A stretch of 64,000 nt of DNA from a virus: positions 3,509 to 67,508 of the IMG/VR virus record IMGVR_UViG_3300025141_015097; one strand, 5' to 3'. Under the pieces are notes generated by a model. It was not told where the DNA came from, did no database searches, and saw only the letters and a program-made list of their open reading frames with translations. Position numbers and translations under genes: made by a program. Position 1 is the stretch's first letter, and the number at the start of each line of letters is the position of its first letter. Shown one piece after another: positions 1 through 10,000 of the stretch.

Positions 1-1
1 G

Positions 2-322
2 CGTCAAACTCTTATTAACCCTGTTAATAAGTCGAGTTTGTTTTTTGTAAATTTCCCCTTGGCTAAGACCAGAATAAACACGCTTAACTTCTGTAATAAT
101 TTTTTCGGCGGCGGTCTTTTCAACATTCTTTGTTTCATATATGGTTCGATATAGATCAAGCTCTTCGGCTAAAACACTCCCCTTGCCAAAAAACGTCTTT
201 AACATTAAAACAATGTCCTTTTTCTTTGATTCGTCTTCTTGCAAAGAGGCCCGGGCCAGTTCTTTAACCAACATTTCAAAAAGAAAAGCCGTATTTCTTC
301 GCTTATTGTGCTTTAACTTCAT
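2..322 (-). CDS. Hypothetical protein downstream of portal (3' truncated by window edge)
   Basis: Not in ORF track; manual translation from ATG at 322: MKLKHNKRRNTAFLFEMLVKELARASLQ..., open to the window edge, overlapping the portal stop. Confidence 0.8.
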   Translation of the reverse strand, partial: MKLKHNKRRNTAFLFEMLVKELARASLQEDESKKKDIVLMLKTFFGKGSVLAEELDLYRTIYETKNVEKTAAEKIITEVKRVYSGLSQGEIYKKQTRLINRVNKSLT

Positions 323-2369
323 TATTTCTATTCTCCAAAGATTCAATCAACATCTTCAATTCGTTACTTGTTTGAAAAATATTTTTTTCAATATTACAAT
401 CATAATTAGGCTCTTCAGAAGATACAGTACCTTCTAATAATTCATTAATTGAGCCTTCCGCAATTCCTCTTGCTAAATGTCGCATATTATCCAACTCATG
501 ATAACCTTTGTGCGTGCGCCTTCTACCGCCTTGAGCGTGGCCACCCTGAGACATCATATTCTTTTTACGAGGCCCAGAACTTTTTCTTCTGTCTAGTGTG
601 ACGGGCTGGTACCATTTACCCTTTGCTCCCGCAGTGGTTGTTTGGTCTGGCAAGCCTAGAGGATTTTTCTTCACTCTTTTCCAATACCAACTAGAGTCTT
701 CATCTCGCTTGCCCGGGCCGGCCTCGGGTGGCGTTGCCAAGAGCGTTGGTTCTTCTTCTAGTGCTGGTGCCGCTTCTTCTCCCCCGCCAAGCTCGGGCGC
801 TTCGCCAAGATCTTCTCCCCCGCCAAGGTCTTCCATGCCTTCCATGCCACCCATACCCAAGCCGCCGGCCGCTTCCATACCAGCCGCTTCGCCAGTTACT
901 TCAGCAATCTTAGCCATGCTTGCTTCAAGTTTCTTATCATAAAATCGTTCACGCTGATTGCGAATAAACTCTTCTTCAGAAATATTTAACATATTTTCGG
1001 ATATCCAACGTTTACTAAAATAATTGGCGGCTGCAGCGTCGGCCGCTTCGATCTTTGCTTTCCACTGCTCAACATCTTGTAGCTGCGCAATCTTAGATGG
1101 GTTATACAAGTGGAATTTAAATGAAATCAAATCTTCACCTTTATAGCCCAATGTATAAAGATGAATTATTGCAAGCTTTTCTAGTTCAGATATTATAGAA
1201 CGCTGCAATCTTTGAATGGTTCTTGCAAAACGAATATCCTTTTGAGCCAGCGTTGTTTTATCTTCGGACGCAGCTTCTTGGCTGATCAAATAGGCGGCTG
1301 GTATCTTAATCGCTGAAAATAGCTTCTCTCGTAAATATTTTACATCTTCAATATCGTTGGCCCAAGTTTGGCCGCCAATAGTAGAAATTTCAGTTGCCTT
1401 TTGACCCCCGCGAACAGGTACAAAATAATCTTCTTCAATCGAAGCCGGGTTATATCTGAGATCGACTCTACCGTCTAAATGATTAACAGTCTGGTGACGC
1501 TTCATCGAGGTCATAACGCCCTGCATATATTGTTCTACATCTTCTGGAGGGATCCCGCCGACGTCGACATAAAAAGCACGTCGATCAGGAGCACGGACAA
1601 TGCGGTGCGCCATCATTGCATCTTCTAAAAGCGTAAGTTGGCGCCAAATTCTTCTTGCGGGGTCTAATATAGAAGTTCCATATGGTGCGTATTTGTCGTT
1701 GCCCAAAATTCTAAAATGTCCAACTTGCCAGTTCTCCAAGGTCATACCTGCAGAGTTCCATTGATACTGAATATAATTGGGGTTAGTTGGATCTTCGCCC
1801 TCCATCCTTTCGATTTCTTGACTTGGAAGCCCGATGACGCTCTTAATGCCAATTTTCTCATCAATATCTAGATAAAGGAAAAAATCACCATATTTAACCA
1901 GATTTCTAGTCCAACCAAATAAATTAAATTCGACATTTAATACCTGATAAAGCAGCCCGTTTAAAATTTCTTTGATCTCTTCGTTTCTACAGTCAATTTT
2001 TAATATTTTACCATATTCTGAGTGGTGTGTAATTTCATCAGCATAAATATCCAATGCAGAGGACAACTCAGGAGAGAACTCCATTTGATCAAAATCTGCA
2101 TATCGTTCGGCGCGATTCTGATTTATGGCCATCTGAGCCATCATATAATCATATGGATTATATGACTGCTTTTTGAAATCTTGGCCGCTGGTTGATTTAA
2201 ATTTGCGCGAAAATCTGTCTAGTCTATTCCGCCGATCTTTTCTTATCTGCTGCTGCCGATAATTTATGATTGGGCCTGAAAACAGCTTAGTCAACCTCTG
2301 AAAAAGATTGTGCTGCGGATTTGCAGGGTTATTGGTGTTTCTATTTATTCTTTTATTTCTTGGTGCCAT
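303..2369 (-). CDS. Portal protein, T4 gp20-like, with acidic Gly-rich C-terminal extension
   Basis: Motifs YGTSILDPARRIWRQLTLLEDAMMAHRIVRAPDRRAFYVDVG, EEDYFVPVRG, IEDVKYLREKLFSAIKIP; adjacent to terminase. Confidence 0.93.
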   Translation of the reverse strand: MAPRNKRINRNTNNPANPQHNLFQRLTKLFSGPIINYRQQQIRKDRRNRLDRFSRKFKSTSGQDFKKQSYNPYDYMMAQMAINQNRAERYADFDQMEFSPELSSALDIYADEITHHSEYGKILKIDCRNEEIKEILNGLLYQVLNVEFNLFGWTRNLVKYGDFFLYLDIDEKIGIKSVIGLPSQEIERMEGEDPTNPNYIQYQWNSAGMTLENWQVGHFRILGNDKYAPYGTSILDPARRIWRQLTLLEDAMMAHRIVRAPDRRAFYVDVGGIPPEDVEQYMQGVMTSMKRHQTVNHLDGRVDLRYNPASIEEDYFVPVRGGQKATEISTIGGQTWANDIEDVKYLREKLFSAIKIPAAYLISQEAASEDKTTLAQKDIRFARTIQRLQRSIISELEKLAIIHLYTLGYKGEDLISFKFHLYNPSKIAQLQDVEQWKAKIEAADAAAANYFSKRWISENMLNISEEEFIRNQRERFYDKKLEASMAKIAEVTGEAAGMEAAGGLGMGGMEGMEDLGGGEDLGEAPELGGGEEAAPALEEEPTLLATPPEAGPGKRDEDSSWYWKRVKKNPLGLPDQTTTAGAKGKWYQPVTLDRRKSSGPRKKNMMSQGGHAQGGRRRTHKGYHELDNMRHLARGIAEGSINELLEGTVSSEEPNYDCNIEKNIFQTSNELKMLIESLENRNNEVKAQ

Positions 2370-2373
2370 GATT

Positions 2374-3954
2374 CTATCCTATAAAGAATGGAAATCCTTC
2401 ATCTTTTGTCGATATTCCCATGTGTTTCTTCCCTCTTGTATAGCCTCTCATACCTTCTATTTTTGTATCCATTCTCTGAGTCGACTTCATGATGCTGCTT
2501 AGCATTGCTTTTTTGTATGCAACATCGTGCTGATTAATTACCAAGGCTGTATCTCTTACCCAGCAAGCAATTGCGCAGGCCATAACCAGATCATCATTGT
2601 AACCCCTCATTGCTTGTGCTTTTCCGTTATGCCAAATAAAAGTTTTTAATTCTCCGATTAAACGAATTGAATGTGTCGTAATTACCTTGTTTCTTATTAA
2701 TTCTTCTAGCTTCGCAATAATTAATGGTCGAGTTTTAACCGTTGTCGTAAAGCCCGGGGCTGTTGTTTTTTGATGTTCTGCTAAATATTGGTCGATGTGT
2801 TCGTGTGTTCCTTTTCGTGACCAATAAAGATTTGGATGGTTCATGCTGCGCAGTTTGTCCAGAACTGACATACCAATAGAATTGTTTTCAACAACGGTTA
2901 AACAAAAGCCGTATTCTTTGCTTGTTTCATAAATTAGCGGAGCAAACTCATCTATTGCTAGCCTGCCACAATATTCGGCCACACACTCCATATTATCAGA
3001 ATTAAAAATTAAAAATGTTGAATTGTCTTGTCCGTCGCCGCGCGCGACATCGGCAGCCAAAAAATATTTCTTGTTGGGGTCGTGTCTTTCCCAAATCCAT
3101 AAATTACGATCGAAGCCAGTTTTATAAATTGGGTCTTTAATATCTTTTCTTATTCTTTCTAGATCTTCGCCGGCTAGTAAAGTTTCACCAGACATATTGA
3201 AATTACACTCCAACTCCTGCGCGATCTCTCGTCTAGACATTTTGCGAATTTCCTGTTCATACCAGCCCCGATCTCTTTCGGGGTGAACATCCCATGGCAA
3301 CACAAGTGGATTAAAATCGTTTAAACCCTGCTCTGCTTCGCTGTACAGTTGATGAAATTTATTGCCTACGCCTTTTGGAGTCGAGGCAATAATACAATCG
3401 CCACCGGTTGACAACGTTGGCTGTAAGCCCGCCCATAAATCATCCAAGGTGTCAATAATTGCCGCCTCATCAATAACCAGCAAAGACAATGCTTCAGAAC
3501 GACCAGCATCGCCCGAAGTTGAGATTGCCTTCACTTCGCTTTCGTTGTCCAGCTTAAAAGAATTTCTATTGTCAATAACAATTTTAGATATCATCATCCA
3601 GTCTGGTAACGACTTCATGGCCAGCTTTGTTTTCTTAACAAGATTGGCGGCAGTTTGTAATTTCGTTGCCAAAACAATCACATTTTTGCCACGATGAAAC
3701 AACATCAACCAAGCAACATATGCAGCGATTGTTGTTGATATTCCTAACTGTCTTGCTTTTAAAATAATATTATATCGATGATCAACAAAATCTTTTACTG
3801 CGTCTTCTTGAAAATCATATAAATTAAAAGGTATCAAACCTTTTATTGGGTGTGCAATTCTAATATAATTGTTAATAAAATAAACCGGGTCGCGCCCACA
3901 TTTAATGAGTTCTTTTCTGATATCGGACTTTGTTAATTGAAAACGTTTTGCCAT
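2374..3954 (-). CDS. terL: Terminase large subunit, T4 gp17-like
   Basis: DPVYFINNY N-terminus, Walker A KARQLGIST, Walker B LLVIDEAA, motif III ASTP, nuclease motifs LAADVARG and NDDLVMA. Confidence 0.95.
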   Translation of the reverse strand: MAKRFQLTKSDIRKELIKCGRDPVYFINNYIRIAHPIKGLIPFNLYDFQEDAVKDFVDHRYNIILKARQLGISTTIAAYVAWLMLFHRGKNVIVLATKLQTAANLVKKTKLAMKSLPDWMMISKIVIDNRNSFKLDNESEVKAISTSGDAGRSEALSLLVIDEAAIIDTLDDLWAGLQPTLSTGGDCIIASTPKGVGNKFHQLYSEAEQGLNDFNPLVLPWDVHPERDRGWYEQEIRKMSRREIAQELECNFNMSGETLLAGEDLERIRKDIKDPIYKTGFDRNLWIWERHDPNKKYFLAADVARGDGQDNSTFLIFNSDNMECVAEYCGRLAIDEFAPLIYETSKEYGFCLTVVENNSIGMSVLDKLRSMNHPNLYWSRKGTHEHIDQYLAEHQKTTAPGFTTTVKTRPLIIAKLEELIRNKVITTHSIRLIGELKTFIWHNGKAQAMRGYNDDLVMACAIACWVRDTALVINQHDVAYKKAMLSSIMKSTQRMDTKIEGMRGYTRGKKHMGISTKDEGFPFFIG

Positions 3955-3965
3955 TCAACTCTTTA

Positions 3966-4553
3966 TTATCCCTTGTCAGTTTCGCCTAAGCCGGGGCGAT
4001 CTGGTTGCTTTCTAGTTACATTTTTTGGCTTCTTCTTTGAGCTTTGCGCCAAAAACTTTTTAATCGCGTCGTCAACAGTTCTTTCGCTTTCTGGCTCTAC
4101 TGATTCAGAATCAACTCCGCCAATCTTGTACCACTTACTAGACTGTACCCAGTTGCGAATACTATTCATTCGTTGTATCAAAGAATCTGCATCGCCCTGC
4201 GATGTTAAAGCTAATGCTTTGCCGGTATCTTTTTTATACTCTTTTTTGATAAACTTTACAATGTCTTTATACGTTTGTTCCATTTCGTTTTCGAACTTCT
4301 TTGGGCCATTACGATGTAAGTCTTTCATACTGACTTCGCCATGGTAAGTGACACAAAGTTTGTTACCAGCAAACTTAACACCAAAGCCGTCCATCACTCT
4401 TTTATCCAAAAGAGGGTTGCCCTCTTCTCTTTTCAGGCCAACTTTAATTCGCTCGCCTTCGCCGTCGTATCCATCATAAGATTTTGAAGCCGCTTGAGAA
4501 ATCGCTCTAACAACCTCTAAAGTGGTCATACCTTTCTTTTTCTTTTTAGCCAT
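3966..4553 (-). CDS. Hypothetical phage protein
   Basis: 195-aa ORF packed between neighbours; GGAG upstream; no recognisable domain. Confidence 0.75.
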   Translation of the reverse strand: MAKKKKKGMTTLEVVRAISQAASKSYDGYDGEGERIKVGLKREEGNPLLDKRVMDGFGVKFAGNKLCVTYHGEVSMKDLHRNGPKKFENEMEQTYKDIVKFIKKEYKKDTGKALALTSQGDADSLIQRMNSIRNWVQSSKWYKIGGVDSESVEPESERTVDDAIKKFLAQSSKKKPKNVTRKQPDRPGLGETDKG

Positions 4554-4929
4554 CTTTGGGTCTCCATCCTTTTAGCCAACGCTCTTCGCGGCCTTCGACA
4601 TATAAAATATAACATTTATAACAACAATCGTATTTGCTCATATAAACATCATCTAACGCTTTAACAGAATAAATCTCACATACGGGACATATTCTACTAG
4701 TGTCTTTATTAATTAGTTTCTTGGGAACAAAAAAACCGCCAACATCAATTTGTTCTTCGTGCTGCGCTTCTTCTTGTTGCTTTGCTTCTTCTTTGAGTTG
4801 CTCTAAATATTTTTTCTCTTTTTCTTCATCCCAAAAACTTGCTGGATTTTGTATTGCAATATTACCATATTTCTTAGCAATTGCTTTTTCAACTTTAGCA
4901 ATATAATTTAAATCCTTTTTTGGCTTCAT
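4546..4929 (-). CDS. Hypothetical protein with C-terminal zinc-finger-like motif
   Basis: Likely start MKPKKDLNY at 4929 (ATGA overlap with upstream stop) rather than 5004; CPVC...CCYKC. Confidence 0.75.
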   Translation of the reverse strand: MKPKKDLNYIAKVEKAIAKKYGNIAIQNPASFWDEEKEKKYLEQLKEEAKQQEEAQHEEQIDVGGFFVPKKLINKDTSRICPVCEIYSVKALDDVYMSKYDCCYKCYILYVEGREERWLKGWRPKDG

Positions 4930-5369
4930 TTCGCCGTTTGGACCGCGGCGTAAAAAATACCCATCGACAAAGCAACGCCGCCGACAAAGCCGCTGGCAAA
5001 CCACCAGTGGCTGTATGCGTCGGGCTGCTCAAGTGTTATTTTTTCAAGATGATCGATCTGACCATTTTTAATTTTGAGAATAGCGTCATATTTCTTCTCT
5101 GTGGCTTCCAATGAGGCCTTAACAGTCGAAGTAAGCATGTCGCACTTGGCTTTTTCTTTGGCTACGCCGTGATTTAATTGAAGCGAGCACTCTAGTTGAC
5201 CTTTTTCTTTGGAAGCCAGCAAAACCGCATTGGCTTCGTAATCATAAAGAATGCCGTTATAAGGAGCTTTCTGCCCCTGTTTTATTTCTGCTACTTTTGG
5301 GTTGGAATAAGAATTAACAGGAATAAGAATAATCAAAAACGTCAATATTGTGCTAACCAGTCGCGTCAT
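4926..5369 (-). CDS. Exported membrane-anchored protein, possible spanin-like
   Basis: N-terminal signal peptide, coiled-coil body with two Cys, C-terminal TM helix WWFASGFVGGVALSMGIFYA. Confidence 0.55.
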   Translation of the reverse strand: MTRLVSTILTFLIILIPVNSYSNPKVAEIKQGQKAPYNGILYDYEANAVLLASKEKGQLECSLQLNHGVAKEKAKCDMLTSTVKASLEATEKKYDAILKIKNGQIDHLEKITLEQPDAYSHWWFASGFVGGVALSMGIFYAAVQTAK

Positions 5370-5781
5370 CTATATGCACCAATTCAAAACCAAATTCACT
5401 AGCAATCTTTGCAGTTCTGCCCTTTGGATCATTATGCGTTTCTTCGACAATTTTTTTAACCTTTTTCTTTTCCCATTCGTGAAGTGTAAGCTTTTGCTTT
5501 CTATATTCTTCATCAAGCTTTATAACGGTTTTGTTGTAGTCTTCAATAAGAGCATCTCTTGCGGCCAACTCTTCTTTGTGGGCCAGATTAATTGCGTCAA
5601 GCTCTTCTTTGTGGGACTCTTTAGACATTTTGAATGCCTGCTTAACACTTTCGGTGTTGCGGCCCTTTCTTAATATAAGGAACATGGCGACGGTGTAAGC
5701 AGCGAGAGCGAAGTATTGCCAGTATTTAATAACTGTCGCATATACTTTCTTAAAAAACGTTTTAACCGCCAACCAAGTCAT
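5353..5781 (-). CDS. Membrane protein with N-terminal TM and coiled coil, i-spanin-like
   Basis: TM YWQYFALAAYTVAMFLIL followed by a long charged helix; overlaps the next gene. Confidence 0.55.
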   Translation of the reverse strand: MTWLAVKTFFKKVYATVIKYWQYFALAAYTVAMFLILRKGRNTESVKQAFKMSKESHKEELDAINLAHKEELAARDALIEDYNKTVIKLDEEYRKQKLTLHEWEKKKVKKIVEETHNDPKGRTAKIASEFGFELVHIDDATG

Positions 5782-5783
5782 TT

Positions 5784-6260
5784 TTATATTTCGCCGCGAT
5801 CAATCACCGCTAGCTCTTTTTCGTCAGGGATGCCGTCGTTGTCAGTATCAACTTCTTCGCCTGCTCCCTTTTCTGCAACAGCAGTCCAATCGCCTTTTTT
5901 GCCAATCTCTCTAGCATCAAGCAATGTCGGATCCTGTTCAAGAGCATCGGCAAGCTTCTTAAGAAGGTCGACGGTGTGGGCCCGTTCTCCTTCTGGGATT
6001 ATATCATCTAAATATACCGCTTTATAAAATGGATTTCTCTTCTCCTCGTCGTCAACTGCGCGTAGATCTTTAGCAAACAAAGGCGCTAATCTCTTTTGAT
6101 TTTCAGGATCCCGCTGCGGGTTCAACGATCGTATCCTTGCTGCATAATCGCTGAAGTGACCTGAAATTGTAGCCCCAATCCATCCTTTCGATCTCGGCGA
6201 GATTTCTTCGCCTTCGCCCTCTTTCAAATACTTTCGCCAGTTTTCTATTAATAGCTTCAT
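5784..6260 (-). CDS. Hypothetical protein, possible internal head protein
   Basis: N-terminal MKLLIENWRKYLKE; C-terminal DTDNDGIPD Ca-binding-like motif. Confidence 0.65.
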   Translation of the reverse strand: MKLLIENWRKYLKEGEGEEISPRSKGWIGATISGHFSDYAARIRSLNPQRDPENQKRLAPLFAKDLRAVDDEEKRNPFYKAVYLDDIIPEGERAHTVDLLKKLADALEQDPTLLDAREIGKKGDWTAVAEKGAGEEVDTDNDGIPDEKELAVIDRGEI

Positions 6261-6264
6261 TATT

Positions 6265-6489
6265 TTAATCCTTCTTTAACAATTGCCCTGATTTCCAAGC
6301 CGTGGCAATGTCTGCCAAGCCCTGAGAGCCAATGTAAGCAAGGGATATTGCAACCCACTGCTCGCTGTTAACGTATTCTGCGAGAAGCAAAGAGGTTGTG
6401 GAAAGCCACACCAACAGTTTTCTCGACATAAATCTCTCTAAATGTCTATCCGCAAACGCTTTCATTCTTGCCATCATTTTATCCTCCAA
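6265..6489 (-). CDS. Small two-TM protein, holin-like
   Basis: 74 aa, SRK followed by two hydrophobic segments, basic C-terminus; near spanin-like genes. Confidence 0.55.
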   Translation of the reverse strand: MEDKMMARMKAFADRHLERFMSRKLLVWLSTTSLLLAEYVNSEQWVAISLAYIGSQGLADIATAWKSGQLLKKD

Positions 6490-7030
6490 GTGCAGTAATC
6501 AGTTTTTGAAAAACCATTTGTTCTAATTGTTTTGATTCATATGGGAAACTTTTGCCGCCCTTGCCAGCTTTCTTGGGCGTGCTTGATTCTTCGCCCTTTT
6601 CTTTTTTCTCTTTGGGCTTGCTTTTTTTCTTTGGTTTCGGGGATTCTTCTTCGCCCTCCCGCTCTTCGTGCGACTTTTCAGAGTGTTCGCAATCACAATC
6701 GTGGGGCGCATGGTCCTCGTGATCACAATCACAATCGTGTTCCTCTTCGCCATCGAGTTGATCGATCATGCCTTGAATATCTTTAGCATATTCTTGCCAG
6801 CGGGATTCGTCGGACTCATACTCAGCCTCTTCCCACTTCTCTAAGACCTTTTTAAGATCTCCTAAAATGATATCTGTTTGCTCCGCAGGTTCTGCGTGGG
6901 CGTCGGGGCCAAGGTCATCATTGGGGGACTCTTCGTCCCTCTTGTAGCTACCATAGCCCTCTTGCAATTTTTTAAAATTATCCAACTCTTCTTGAATAAT
7001 TGTTTTTAGCCGGCCAACTGTAATTTTCAT
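6479..7030 (-). CDS. Acidic/basic low-complexity protein, possible internal head protein
   Basis: N-terminal MKITVGRLKTIIQEEL; duplicated HDCDC(D/E)H; Lys-rich tail. Confidence 0.7.
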   Translation of the reverse strand: MKITVGRLKTIIQEELDNFKKLQEGYGSYKRDEESPNDDLGPDAHAEPAEQTDIILGDLKKVLEKWEEAEYESDESRWQEYAKDIQGMIDQLDGEEEHDCDCDHEDHAPHDCDCEHSEKSHEEREGEEESPKPKKKSKPKEKKEKGEESSTPKKAGKGGKSFPYESKQLEQMVFQKLITALGG

Positions 7031-7040
7031 TTTTATTCCC

Positions 7041-10000
7041 CTACTGGTTTACATATGCAAAATGATTCTTTTTTGTAATGTCAATTGTCATATCAACAGT
7101 ATCTTTTAAAGACTCTATGTGAGTAATTAGTATCACAATATCAAAATAACTCTTCAGCATATCTAGAATCCGAGTAAAGCTTTCAAGGTGCTCTTCATCC
7201 AAAGCCGCTCCCGGCTCATCCAATATAATTAAATTGCACTTTGGCATATTGCTGATATTTAACAAAGCAATTCTAATTGCAATTGCAGCCAATGTTTTTT
7301 CTGCTCCGGAGCCGTTTTCCAAAGGTCGTGGTTCGTGATTGGGGTGGTGGATGAAGATGTCTAACTTGTTGCCGTCCTTCTCAAAATAAACTTCAAAATC
7401 AACAATGTTGGCCAACACCTTTGAGATCTCTTCGTTGATAACAGGTAGCGCCTTGTTAATAATATCAAACGCAATGCCATTGCTGTGCATGCAGCGAAGG
7501 AATAAGTCTGTTGCAGCAAATTCTATTTGAAGCTTGGCCAACTCTTTCTTTTGTTCTTCAATATTTTCAAGCTTCTGTATTAATGCACCATGCTTAACAG
7601 CAAGCTCATAAATCTCTTCTTCACACGAATTCAAACTCTCGCTTAAGTTTTGTACAGATTGTTCTTGCTCTTTTTTCTCCTTTGCCAACTCATTATAGTT
7701 TTCAATTGCTTCTTTGTTCTCATTATAATAGTCAATCTTTTTTTGGTGTTCAACAATATCATTTTTATATTCAGAAATTTTATTTAGATTTTTTTGAATA
7801 TCTAGTTCATATGCTGCGTTTTCTGTCTGGGCGCGCACCTTTTTCCTCACAAGCCCTTCATGGCCTTGAATGTGAAGACGCACCTTGGGTGTATCGAGCT
7901 TAACAATTTCATCATTTACTCCTTTTTTCTTAATTTTCAAATCTGAAATTGCTTTTTTAGTTGGTTCTATTTCTTGTGATGTTTTGTAAGCATCCTTAAT
8001 AAATCGGCAAGAAGTCAAGTAATTATCGCCGCACGGTATGCCCTTCAACACGCATTGTTGTTTTTCATATGAGTCAAGCGTTTGTTGTTTAAGGGCTGTT
8101 TCGCTAAGTAATTTTTCTAGCTGCTTTTGTTTTTCAACTTCAACCTTAAGTTTGTTTTTGAGAGCGGCCAAATCAAAACCTTCCAAACGGTCGCTGGTTT
8201 GTTTCAAAAAAGAATTGTTTAGTTTAATTTGTTTTTCAAATTCTTTATTTGTTGTTTCTAGTTGACTCATCAATTGAGTTTTATCTTTTTTATCATTTAA
8301 ACTTTTCTCAATATCAATCGGTTCAGTCGGAACTGCAGCAATTTTCTTTTCTAACTCTGCAATTATTACTTTGGCATCTTCGATATCCTTTTTGGTTTTG
8401 TTGTATAAGCCCTTCTTCTTGAGAGTATCTGCTTCATTAGCGAAGAGATCTTTTCTGGCAATTGATATTTCTTCATCATATTCTTTTTCCTCCATGCGGC
8501 GCAGAGTGCCTTTGAGCCCCGCTGATTCATCCTTGGCTAATTTGAACTTCTTTTCAAAAAACTCCAAGTCCAAAAACTTGGCAAGAATCTCTTTACGCCT
8601 CGTTGAGCCTTCATTAATAAACTGCATAGAGCCAAGCTGAGAAGACATCGATGTTAAAAGAAAGTCTTCTAAGGATCCAAATATCTTTTTAATGTTTCTG
8701 TCTGTCCCGTGTCTTTCCGTGGAATTAAAATTATAAGTTCTATTCAACACATTGTCAGTACACGCAAACTCTACATCAGTTTTTGCTTCGTTTGTAACTT
8801 GGCCTTTAAGTTTCTTAACATATTTATCCGACTGCCTTGAAATCTTGTAAGTTTTATTACCAACTTCAATCTCCACCTCGCCAGAGCCCTGTTCTTTGTG
8901 TTCGTTGATAATGTTGTAATTCTTTCGAATGTTCTTAGAAGTATTGTTATAAATCGTGTAGAGTAAACTATCGACAACGCTAGACTTACCACTGTAGTTT
9001 TTACCAAATATTCCGACAGTGCCAGCAAGTTTAGTAAAGTCCAATTCGTTATCCTCCCCATAATTGAAGAGATTGTTCCATTTGAAGTTTTTAATTTTCC
9101 ATGAGACATTTCTGGTGGTTTCCTCATCGGACTCTGCCAAGGCATTATATTTTGCATTAAGAGTATATATTTCATTTAATGTTTCTTCATCAACATTGTA
9201 CTCTTTTAAATACTCTGTTATAAGTTTTTCTTGCACACTTTGATCACGTAAATTTTCATGTATAATACAATCTACCTCTTTTTCAACACTTATGCGCTGT
9301 TGGCCGTGGGCTCTATTCAAAAAAGAAATAGATTCTGGTTTAAAGCGTTTCTTGGCGATATCCACGGCTTTTCTGAAGATTTCGACGCTCTGGTTGTTTG
9401 AGGAAACTAAACGCAGCCTAGCGCCTGCTGGGGGGTTTAAACCCTTGGGGATTCTGCCCTTGGGAGTAAGGTTGATCGTGACGAAAGGTTTGGGGTTAAT
9501 TAGCTGATGGAAATCACAAGTAAAGTTTTCTTTGTCCTTGATATCCCAAAGTAAAAAACCCTTATCTAACGACTCTCCAAAGTTCTGCTGAATGAGAGAA
9601 CCGGGATATCGAGCTTTGCCATGGTCGTCAACAATCTGATTTGTTCTGTGAATGTCACCCAAGAGGCCATAATCGAAGTTTTCTAAGAAATCCATATCAA
9701 TTTCGCCGTGTTCCATAATCCAGCCAGTATCCGTTTTAGACCCAGCTACGGCGCCATGGTATAGTGCGAGGTTGGTTTTGTTCGGATCTGACGGGGCCGA
9801 CCATTTGTCCTGATCTAAAATAGAAAGAACATTGAGTACAATGTTTTCTCCCAAGTCCACCTCTTTTGTATTTTTGTGGAAGTGAATATTGGGATCTTCT
9901 AGCGCCTCAGTAATCGGCGTAATCGCGTCAAGGCGGCTTGAGTTCTTGACATTGCAGTCGTGATTGCCCAAAATCATGTGCAGTGGAGCAATCTCTGCTA

